The notes under the pieces: model-generated
The model's database searches: none
What the model was told of the DNA's origin: nothing
What the model saw: only the letters and a program-made list of their open reading frames with translations
Translations under genes and position numbers: made by a program
Shown: positions 43,743 through 52,700 of the stretch, one piece after another
Position numbering within the stretch: the stretch's first letter is position 1
Layout: each line of letters starts with the position of its first letter
Assembly: GCA_963850305.1 (NCBI GenBank)
Contig: CAWKKR010000008.1
Coordinates: forward strand, 1,472,001 to 1,536,000
DNA length: 64,000 nt
From: an uncultured delta proteobacterium
GTDB taxonomy: Bacteria; Myxococcota_A; Polyangia; Polyangiales; Polyangiaceae
Direction of reading: 5' to 3'

Positions 43743-44579
43743 AATCGTCGAGACGAGCTCGGCGCTTTCGTCCGTGTCGAGATCGGTGGCGATGGCGTAG
43801 CCCACGCCGTGCTGCTCTTTCGCTGCGATCGAGTATCCGCGACGCATGCCCACGTGGATCGGCTGATTGTGGAAGACCCTCGGCTCGAGCACCCCTCTCA
43901 GGGGGACGCGCCGCGCATTGTAGATATAGACGGTCACCGGATGGTTCTCGATCCGGTAGCGGAAAATGGCGGCGCGTTGATTCTTCATCGGCATGATACT
44001 GCCGCCGACCCACGATGCGCCGAACTGCTTCAACGCAGGTTCTGCCACGGGGACTCCTACCTCGGGTTCGAGCTTCAGAATCTGGCTCGGCTCCGTGAAT
44101 TCAGGAGTCGGCGGCGCAGCGTGATAGCTCACGAGCTCGTCCAGCACCTGCTCCGGGTTCATCTGAGCGATCATGCTCGCCTTGCTCGTCTCCGTGTTTG
44201 CTCGGGAGTCCGAGTTCGCCTGCGGTCGGAAGTACCCGTTCAGCCACGTCACGAATGAAAAGGTCGTCGCCGCGGCAAGAAGGAGCGGCAAGATGCCCGT
44301 TCGACGAGCATCCTCCGAACCGACTGGCTGTCGAGACACGAGGATTCGCTCGCGCTCGTTCCGGAGTGCACCGGCGAGACGCTTTTCGAATCCGAGCGAC
44401 GGCGTGGCGTCCGCGATCACCGCGTTTCGCACACTCACGCGCACCGCGCTCGAGAAACGGAGCCGCTCTCCGCACGTCTCGCAGGTTGCGAGGTGCTGTT
44501 CCATGGCGAGTGTCTCTTCCGTGGACAGCTCGCCGTCGAGGAACGCGTCGAGCCACACGCTGGTTTCCTGGCAGCTCAT
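43737..44579 (-). CDS. Zinc-finger (ZAS) transmembrane anti-sigma factor
   Basis: MSC...FLDGEL...HLATCETC, one TM, periplasmic domain. Confidence 0.88.
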   Translation of the reverse strand: MSCQETSVWLDAFLDGELSTEETLAMEQHLATCETCGERLRFSSAVRVSVRNAVIADATPSLGFEKRLAGALRNERERILVSRQPVGSEDARRTGILPLLLAAATTFSFVTWLNGYFRPQANSDSRANTETSKASMIAQMNPEQVLDELVSYHAAPPTPEFTEPSQILKLEPEVGVPVAEPALKQFGASWVGGSIMPMKNQRAAIFRYRIENHPVTVYIYNARRVPLRGVLEPRVFHNQPIHVGMRRGYSIAAKEQHGVGYAIATDLDTDESAELVSTIY

Positions 44580-45250
44580 TTTGCTCTCCTTTTCTCGCGA
44601 TAGGCCTGGAGCGCTACGGGCGCCGACGGGCCGTCGATGGCGGCGGGATCGGGCCTGTCGTTCGGCGTCGGGCGGTCGACGATGATGCCAAGCAGCGTTG
44701 CCTGCTCGATGAGCTTCGCCTTCACGAGATTGCGTCCGCGATGCAACCGCGACATCACCGTGCCGGGCGGACACCCGACCGCATCGGCGATCTCGCGGTA
44801 GCTGAGACCCTCGACGTCAGCCAGCAGGATCACGAGCCGAAACTCCTCCGGTAGGGTGTCGAGCACGCGCGTGATCTCCCGCTCCACGACCTGGCGCAGC
44901 GCCTGGCCTTCCGGATCGCGAGCGCCCCGTAGCGTCTCGGCACCGACCCAGCTGTCGGTGAGCGGGTCCGTCTCCGCACCGTCGAGCACGGCTCGCTCGA
45001 CCCCGCTCCTCCGAAAGCGGTTGATGAAAGTGTTTCTGAGGATGCGAAAAAGCCACGCTTTGAGGTTCGTCCCAGGCTCGTACTGAGCCCGCGCGCGGAG
45101 CGCCTTTATCAGCGTGTCCTGTACGAGATCTTCCGCGTCCGCGCGGTTTCGTGTCAGCCGGGTCGCGACTGCCAGCAGGCTCCCGCCGAACGCCAGGATG
45201 GCGCGCTCGAAATCTTCAAGCTCCGCTCGGGCGTCGGGACGGTTCACCAT
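44576..45250 (-). CDS. ECF RNA polymerase sigma factor
   Basis: DAEDLVQDT, NLKAWLFRILRN, LSYREIADAVGCPPGTVMSRLHRGR. Confidence 0.93.
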   Translation of the reverse strand: MVNRPDARAELEDFERAILAFGGSLLAVATRLTRNRADAEDLVQDTLIKALRARAQYEPGTNLKAWLFRILRNTFINRFRRSGVERAVLDGAETDPLTDSWVGAETLRGARDPEGQALRQVVEREITRVLDTLPEEFRLVILLADVEGLSYREIADAVGCPPGTVMSRLHRGRNLVKAKLIEQATLLGIIVDRPTPNDRPDPAAIDGPSAPVALQAYREKRRAK

Positions 45251-45290
45251 CGGCTCCTCCCGGGTAACCCGCCGGGGCGCGCCGCTATTC

Positions 45291-45878
45291 CTACGACTTT
45301 TCGTCGAGACGTTTCTCGATGGCCGCAAGCCTGTCCGACAGCTTCTTCAGCTCGGCCTGAAGCTCCCGGATCGTCGAAAAGTTAGGTAGAACCGCGCGGA
45401 TGCGCTCGTCGATGGTGTGCTGCCACTGCTCGAGGGTCGCTCGGAGTCCTTTTTGCTGCGTGTCGCTTCCGGTCACTTCGTCCTCCTCCGACTCCGGCGG
45501 TTCCGGCACTTCGCCCTCCGCCGTCTCGCCCCCTTCTTCCGGCTGGTCCTTGGAGATCAAACGGCGGATGGGGTTCTCCCGGAGATGGGTCAGGATCTTT
45601 TCGCTCCGCTGCCGGATGAGCGCCTTCAATGTCGCCAGCGGAATGCCGCGCGGCCGCGCCTTCAGCTCCTCGGAGATGATGAGCGCAAGCGTGACGTCCG
45701 TCTTGTCCTCTTTCGTCGCGTTGTCGATGATCTGAACGTCTTCGTTCGCGCGGATCATCTCTGCGATCTGGAGCAGCGTGACGTACCGGCTGTCCTTCGT
45801 GTCGTAGAGCTTCCGATTCGAATAGCGCTTGATGATTCGGCGCTCGGGGGCTGCTTCGGGGCTCTCACCAGGAACCAT
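45291..45878 (-). CDS. PhaR-like (PHB accumulation regulator N-terminal DNA-binding domain) protein
   Basis: RIIKRYSNRKLYDTKDSRYVTL; C-terminal coiled coil. Confidence 0.85.
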   Translation of the reverse strand: MVPGESPEAAPERRIIKRYSNRKLYDTKDSRYVTLLQIAEMIRANEDVQIIDNATKEDKTDVTLALIISEELKARPRGIPLATLKALIRQRSEKILTHLRENPIRRLISKDQPEEGGETAEGEVPEPPESEEDEVTGSDTQQKGLRATLEQWQHTIDERIRAVLPNFSTIRELQAELKKLSDRLAAIEKRLDEKS

Positions 45879-46080
45879 GCTCGTTTTCCCGTTCTCCGGC
45901 CTGCGTCGGCGATTATGACGTCGCGCGACGGCTTGCGCGCCACGTTTCGCCCGTTTCGCACAGTAAAGCGTTGTTGCTGCATGGCGTCAAGCTAGCTCGG
46001 GATTTCTCCGGGCTCACCCTCGGGCTTACCTTGTCCCCTTTTTCGCCCGGTATCGCCTCTGCACGGTATCGTTTTTTTCG

Positions 46081-47952
46081 ATGCGGGCTCGCTCGATTCG
46101 AGTGTCGAACGTCGGTCGTTTGGCGGTCTTTTCCGCCATTTTGGGCCTTGCCGGCTGTGCCAGGGACGCCGGCCCCGAGCTCCTCTCCGTCCACCGTCTC
46201 GACCCCGCGCGCGCCTCCTCGGGGGACCAGGTGACGCTGACGGGAGACGGCTTCCCGGAGGGCCGAAGCGCTCGGGTCACGTTTCGCGGCGACCTGTTCC
46301 GCCCCGGCGCGGACCCGGACCGGGATGTTCGCATCACGGTCCCGGCGGTCCCGGCGGCACGCGACACCATCATGTTCACCCTCGACCCCGCCGCCGAGCG
46401 TCGCTTCGCCGGCACGGGCGACGGCGCGCTCCACACGACATTTCGCGGCGACGTGCGCGTCACCTTCCAGCCCGCGTTGACGGGCGTCACGGCCGTCTCG
46501 GGTACGCTGCGGGACGTGCGCTTCGACGTCCTGCCGTCGCATCCCGCGACTGCGAGCGACGCCGTCGGGGCGCGTTCGCTCGCGTTCATCGGCGCGTCGG
46601 GCACCCTGGACCCGGGCGCTCGCGGGCTCGTTCTCGACGCCGTCGATCCTGGTGGTCGCGCGGCGCGCGCGGGTCTCGCTCCCGGCGACGTCATCGTCGC
46701 GATGGACGGCGTGTCGATTGTTTCTGCGGACGATCTCCACGCACGGGGCGGAGAGCACGTCGCGACGCTCGAGGTCGAGCGTGACGGACGCCTCTTGCCG
46801 TCGGTCCCTCTCGACGTCGAGGGGCTCGAGCCGCGCGGCGTCTCGGACCTCGGCGCGACCGCGTCGGCCGTGCTGTTCGCCTGCGCGGCGCTTGCGTTGC
46901 TCGCGACCCGCTTCGGCGTCTTGTTTCGCTTCATGGCGCGCCTGGTGGAGATTCGCCGTTCGCGACGTCGACAACCCCGAAGGTCGCTCGCACAGGGAAT
47001 TGCCGGCGCCCTGTTGCCTCCGCAGAACGAGGGCCCCGCACTCGGCGCGGCGGCACTCGTGCTGCTCCTTTCGATCGTGGTCGCCTTCCTGCGGCTCGCC
47101 CTCGGTAAGAGCTTGTTCTCGCCCGACCTGGATCTGACCGCCCTCGCGCTCGGCGCGAACGTCGCTCTCCTCGTCACGCGCTTCCTCGACGCCGGCACGC
47201 ATGACGGTGAAAGGTGGTCGCTGACGGCGGCATTCGGGGGCGCGGGTCGCACCCTCGTCTGCGTGTTGCCGGCGCTCGGCGCGCTCGGCGGCGCGGTCAT
47301 CGCGAGCGGAAGGTTCGTGCTCGCGGAAATGATGTCCGGGCAAGGGGGCACGCCGTGGAACTGGGCGAGCATGCGAAACCCGGGGCTCTTCGTGCTCTTC
47401 GTCGTGCTCGTGGCGACGACCGTGCCGGAAACGGAGGCGCGCGAAGGGCTCCACGCCGAGGGGCTCGCCGCGCCGGCAGTCCCGCGCCGTTCGACGACCC
47501 GGGCGTTGCTCCGTCTGGCCGAGTGGTCGAACCTGTGGATCGTCTCGGGGCTCGCGGTGGCCTTGTTCCTGGGTGGTGCTCGCGTGCCGGGCGTATCGTC
47601 GATGGCCCAGGAAGCGAGCCGGTCGCTGCCAGCCCTCGGAGCGGCGCTGTTCATCGTGAAACTGTGGGGGCTCGTGCTCGCGGTAGGCGCGTTGCGGTTC
47701 GCGGCCGGGCGCGTTGCGATCGAGGACGTCGCGCGGCTCGCGCTCGTCTACGCCCTTCCGCTCGCGGTCGCGGGGCTCGTCGTCGCGACGGGCTGGGCGG
47801 CGTTTCTCGATGGCGCTCGTTCGCAGTTCGCCGCCGACGTCTTCGGACGGACGTCCGTGGCGCTGATCGCGGCATTCCCGGTGCTCCTGGGCGTCCTTTC
47901 CGTGCGCGCGCGCGGCCGCACCAACCCGGTGACCGTCAATCCTTGGCTGTGA
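46081..47952 (+). CDS. Lipoprotein-signal IPT-like + PDZ + degenerate NuoH-like membrane protein
   Basis: LAGC; DP..ASSGDQVTLTGDGF; VDPGGRAARAGLAPGDVIVAMDG; NuoH-like Q...PWNW...NP, LAEW.NL....L...LFLGG..VP, K......R....R..IED. Confidence 0.65.
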   Translation: MRARSIRVSNVGRLAVFSAILGLAGCARDAGPELLSVHRLDPARASSGDQVTLTGDGFPEGRSARVTFRGDLFRPGADPDRDVRITVPAVPAARDTIMFTLDPAAERRFAGTGDGALHTTFRGDVRVTFQPALTGVTAVSGTLRDVRFDVLPSHPATASDAVGARSLAFIGASGTLDPGARGLVLDAVDPGGRAARAGLAPGDVIVAMDGVSIVSADDLHARGGEHVATLEVERDGRLLPSVPLDVEGLEPRGVSDLGATASAVLFACAALALLATRFGVLFRFMARLVEIRRSRRRQPRRSLAQGIAGALLPPQNEGPALGAAALVLLLSIVVAFLRLALGKSLFSPDLDLTALALGANVALLVTRFLDAGTHDGERWSLTAAFGGAGRTLVCVLPALGALGGAVIASGRFVLAEMMSGQGGTPWNWASMRNPGLFVLFVVLVATTVPETEAREGLHAEGLAAPAVPRRSTTRALLRLAEWSNLWIVSGLAVALFLGGARVPGVSSMAQEASRSLPALGAALFIVKLWGLVLAVGALRFAAGRVAIEDVARLALVYALPLAVAGLVVATGWAAFLDGARSQFAADVFGRTSVALIAAFPVLLGVLSVRARGRTNPVTVNPWL

Positions 47953-48859
47953 GGCGGCCCTGGCGCGCCCGGTGCCCCTTCTCTTCGGAACCCAGCTCGG
48001 TGATGACGTCGCGGGTCCGCTCGGCGATGGCGCGATAAGCGCGCGGAGAGCCTCGCGCGGAGAGTAGATCGCCGTAATCGATCGGTTTGCCGAAGACGAT
48101 GTGCACGGGCGTCCCGGTACCGTCGTAATTGCTCGTCACCTGCTTCCGTAGATCGTTGACGAGACCATTCACGAACACCGGAATCACGGTCGTTCGGGAA
48201 CGGTGGATGAGGCGTCCCACTCCGGGTTGCGCGGGGAGCAAGGTGTACGGGTCGTCGTCCTTCTTGCGGGTGCCCTCGGGGTGCATCCCGAGAAACGCGC
48301 CGCCACGCCGGAGCATCCACGCGAGCTCGTCCAGACCGACGAGGTTGAGCGCCGCGCGCGATCGCTCGCGGAAGATCGGCGGATACATCGCGAGAAAGCT
48401 CATGACGCCGTTCACGAACAAGCCGAGCGCGCTGTCGTAGAAAAACTCGGCCCGCACCGGGAACACGAGCCGATGGGGCATGCCGCGCCGGACCAGATAC
48501 GCGGTCACGACGTAGAGGTCGAAGAAGCTCCGGTGATTCGACGCGCAGATGTAGCTCTTCTCGGGGTCGAACTCCGGCACGCGCTCGAGGCCGTGAACGT
48601 GAAGCAGGTTCTTGGTGACGATCGTGATCCACTGGGAACCGACGTGACGCTGGCAGAGGCGCACCGCACGATCGAGCGCGCCGGGCTCGAACGTGCGGCG
48701 AACCGCTCCGATCGTGAACCGCTCCATTCGACTCAACCGCTCGCCGCCCTCCTTGACGAGATCGGGGCGGCGCGCGTTCGCGTCGATCGGTACGACGCCG
48801 CTGCTCGCCTCGCCGGTCTCCTCCGGCGCCCTCTCCCGCTCTGCGTTCCCGGGTCTCAT
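47936..48859 (-). CDS. Lysophospholipid acyltransferase (PlsC family)
   Basis: NHRSFFD and HPEGTR motifs. Confidence 0.9.
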   Translation of the reverse strand: MRPGNAERERAPEETGEASSGVVPIDANARRPDLVKEGGERLSRMERFTIGAVRRTFEPGALDRAVRLCQRHVGSQWITIVTKNLLHVHGLERVPEFDPEKSYICASNHRSFFDLYVVTAYLVRRGMPHRLVFPVRAEFFYDSALGLFVNGVMSFLAMYPPIFRERSRAALNLVGLDELAWMLRRGGAFLGMHPEGTRKKDDDPYTLLPAQPGVGRLIHRSRTTVIPVFVNGLVNDLRKQVTSNYDGTGTPVHIVFGKPIDYGDLLSARGSPRAYRAIAERTRDVITELGSEEKGHRARQGRLTAKD

Positions 48860-48866
48860 GCGTTCG

Positions 48867-49676
48867 TCAGGAAAGTTTCGGATCGTCGAACAGGATGTCG
48901 ATATAAAAGGGCGGTGGCAAGAGGCCATCGAGCACGCTCGCCAGGCGCTCCGCGAGCGACGCCCGGTCGACGTCGGGGCTCGCGCCGATCACGTTCAGGG
49001 TGAGGTGCGGCTCGAGGTCGCGCTCCGGACTGAACGTCCGCGAGAGCGTGTGGCGGGGGTTTCCCGCGATGTCCTTCAACGTCGCCTCCACGGCGTGTAC
49101 GAGGGCCTCCGCCGGCGGGCCGTCGAGCTCGGCGATCAGCCGCTCCTCATCCTCGCCGAACGGGATCTCCGCGACGTAGCCGACGAGCGGCAAAGGCTTA
49201 CCTTGTGCGATGCTGCCGATCTCGTGACGGTGGAGGATGAGCTCGGTCTCGTCGAAGGGGTTCAGCAGGAGTCCGCCGACGCGCTCGCCGTCGACGATGG
49301 CGAGCGCGAGCTCGAGCACGACCGGCCATGGCAGTGACACGTATTCGAGCTCACCATCGCCGGTGGTCCATCGCGTCGTTTCGGTCGCGTGTTCGAGCAA
49401 CTTGGCGCGAGTGAAGACCGGAAGATACCCGACGCGCTCGCCGTCGAAGAGCAAATGTGGGGAGAGCGAGAGCTCGTCACCCACCGCCTGGTCGACGCCG
49501 ATGGGCAGGTCTTCGATGCGGCGCGCGAGCGGTACGAAGAGCCGGGCCGTCCGGAGGGCTTCGAGGAGCCCCGCGACGTCGCGCCGGAACCCCCGGCGCG
49601 CCGTTCGAACTTGCGCCGTGACGTCACCGTCCGGTTCCTGGACTTCGTTCGGAGGACCGTCGGTCGCGCCTTCCAT
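48867..49676 (-). CDS. SseB family protein
   Basis: ALRTARLFVP, LPVFT, GLLLNPF; SseB_C-like tail. Confidence 0.6.
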   Translation of the reverse strand: MEGATDGPPNEVQEPDGDVTAQVRTARRGFRRDVAGLLEALRTARLFVPLARRIEDLPIGVDQAVGDELSLSPHLLFDGERVGYLPVFTRAKLLEHATETTRWTTGDGELEYVSLPWPVVLELALAIVDGERVGGLLLNPFDETELILHRHEIGSIAQGKPLPLVGYVAEIPFGEDEERLIAELDGPPAEALVHAVEATLKDIAGNPRHTLSRTFSPERDLEPHLTLNVIGASPDVDRASLAERLASVLDGLLPPPFYIDILFDDPKLS

Positions 49677-49714
49677 CGCGCCGTGATATCCCACGAAGCT
49701 TACTCGCCGCAACG

Positions 49715-52700
49715 ATGAGCCTCACCAGTCGCTTCGAACCGGTCGCTCGGCTCCTTCGCGAGCGGACGCGTCGCTCGTTCCTGACGGAGGAGCGCGCGCA
49801 CGTGGAGTTCGGCGGCGTCGGAGACGACGAGTTCGCGGCCTTCGAGCAGAGTCTCCGCGCGTTCGCGGCTGCGGACGGCCGCATCCGCCGGCTCGAGATC
49901 AACGTTGCGACACGCCGCGTCCTGTTCGTGTTCGAGCGCGGCGCGTGTGCGCTCGCCGAGCTCGTGTCCGCCGTCGAGGAAGCGGAGCGCGCCGCCGGTG
50001 TCGATCGCGCGCGATTCCAGGGGACGGCGGAGCACCCCGCGGACCTCGAGCCGGCCCTCCGGCGCCTGCTGGGCCTCACCGCCGACGTCGCGGCGCTGTT
50101 CGCCGGGCTCGGTCTGTCCATCACGCCGCTGCCGGCGCTTCCGTTCGCGGGCAACGCGGCCGCCGTCCTCTCGCTCATCGAGAACGTCGTGCGGCTCCGC
50201 GCCGCGCTCGACGAGCGGATCGGCAGGGAGCGCGCGGAGCTGGTCCTGCATTTCGGCACGGCGTTCTTCTCGGCGCTCGCGCAGCGACCCATGACGTCGC
50301 TCGTCGACGCGATCCACGAGCTCGGGCTCCTGCGCGAGGCGCAGGCAGAGCGTGAAGCCTGGCTCCGGCTCGAGCCGCAGCTCGCGTCGATCGGCGGCAA
50401 TGGCGTCGTGGGTTTGCCGCGGACGGACGCGCGTCCGGAGAAGTTGCCGCGCGGTCCGATCGAAGAATACGCGGACCGCGCGTGGATCGTGTCCGTTGCA
50501 GGTTTCGCGGTCAGCTTTGCGACGACGCGGAGCCTGCAGCGCGCCATCGCTGCGCTCTACGGCAGCTTGCCGCGCCCCGCCCGACTCGGGCGCGATATGT
50601 TCTCCGCCGAGATAGCCCGGATTCTCTCCAGTCGCGACGTCCTCGTCGTCGACGCGGACGCGCTCCGTGTGCTCGATCGCATCGATTGCCTCGTGCTCGA
50701 GGGCGACATCGTTTCGGCGCGGGCGTTCGGACTCGGTACGGTCCACGTCGAGGACGGCTTCGACGAACACGCGGTACAAGGCGCGGTCGCCGGGCTCTTC
50801 GACCCGGATCACCCGCTCGTCGAACAGGCACGCGGCGGGTATCGGCTGGCGCCCTTCCGGCTCGCGTCGGCTTCTCCCTCGACGAAGCTCGAGGAGCTCG
50901 CGCGCGGTCTATCGCGGCGCGGTGCGCTGGTGCTCGTCCTCGAGCGAGGTAGCGCCGTCGCCGCCATCGTCGAGGTCGCCATCACGGCGCGGATCGGACT
51001 CGACGAGCTCGTGACGGCCGCTCACGACGCCGGCATGCGCGTGGTCGTCGCGTCCGACGATGACACAATCCTCCAGGCCGTCAGCGCCGACGACGTCATC
51101 GGCGGGCGCGAGGGTCTACGCGCCGGCATCCGGCGGCTCCAGCGCGAGGGGCGCGGCGTGTGTCTCGTCGCGACGGGCAATTCCCCGGGCTTGCCGCTCG
51201 CGGACTTCGCCATCGGGTTGCGTCGCGCGGGGCGGCCCACGCCGTGGGGCGCGCACGTCCTGTGTCCGGACGACCTCGCGGAGGTGCACTTGCTCCTTCG
51301 TGCGTGCGTGCGCGCGCGGGAAGTATCGCGGCAGAGCGTCAACATCGCCCTCGGAGCGGCGGCGTTCGGCGCGCTCGTCTCCGCGGGTGGACTCTTGCCG
51401 CTCACGACACGTCGCGTGATGTTCGTCGTGAACGCCGGGACTCTGATGTCCATGGCCAACGGCGTCCGCGGTTCGATCGCGATCCGCAGACTCACGCTGC
51501 CCGCCTCCCGCGACCCGACGCCGTGGCACGCGCTCGACGCGGAGGGCGTGCTCGGACGCCTCGTCAGCTCGAAGCAAGGTCTCACGCGCGTCGACGCGCT
51601 CGAACGGCGCGCGCCGGCGTTCGATGCGCCGTCTCAGCTCCGCGAGCTCGCCGAGGCCATCACCGACGAGCTCTTCAGTCCGCTGGCCCCGCTGCTCGCG
51701 GCCGGCGCCGGTCTCTCGGCGGCCGTCGGCTCGATAGCGGACGCAGCCATGGTCGGCGGGGTCGTCGGTGTCAACGCGCTCTTCGGCGGCGTTCAGCGGT
51801 TCGCGACGGAGCGGAAGCTCCGCGCCCTGTCGCGAGCCGATCGACGCCGCGCGCTCGTGCGCCGGGACGCGCAATTCGTGGGCGTCGACGCCGCCGAGCT
51901 CGTTCGCGGCGACGTCGTCCACGTCTCGACCGGAGACGTCGTGCCCGCGGATTGTCGCATCCTCGATGCGACGGGCGTCGAGGTGGATGCGTCGAGCCTC
52001 ACCGGAGAGTCGCTCCCCGTGAAGAAGTTCGCCACACCGTCGTTCGAGTCGCAGCCCGCGGACCGGTCGTCGATGCTGTACGAGGGTACGACGCTAGTTT
52101 CGGGGCAGGCGACGGCCGTCGTCGTTGCCGTTGGCCGTCACACGGAGGCGCGGCGCGGCGCGACCTTCGGACGCGCACGTCAGACGGGCGGCGTGGAGCG
52201 GCGCCTCGGCGATCTGATGAGCCTGACCGGCCCCGTCGCACTCGGTGCGGGCGTCGGTGTCGTCGCGGCGGGGCTCTTGCGCGGACGCAAGCTCGAAGAC
52301 CTCGTCGGCTCCGCGGTGAGCCTCGCGGTCGCATCCGTTCCGGAAGGGCTTCCGCTTCTCGCGACCGCGGTGGAGCTCGCGGCTGCGGAGCGTCTGTCCG
52401 GGCGCGGCGCGCTCGTCCGCAACCCGCGCGCGATCGAGGCGCTGGGACGCGTCGACGTCGTGTGCCTGGACAAGACCGGGACCGTCACCGAAGGCACGCT
52501 CGCGCTCGCGCTCGTGTCGGACGGCCAGCATGGAGCGCCCCCGGACCTGCTCGGTGCTTCACAGCGTTCGGTCGTGGCTGCGGCGCTGCGCTCGACGTTC
52601 CGCGAATCTTCCTCGGGGCGCGGCGATCCGACGGACGCAGCCCTCGCCCAGGGCGCAGAGATCGCGCTCGTGGACGCAACGCACGAGTGTGTTTCGTGGA

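Noticed and set aside
46081..47952. Functional complex I subunit nuoH
   Set aside because: Conserved charged loops are missing and there is no nuo operon, so the gene symbol is withheld
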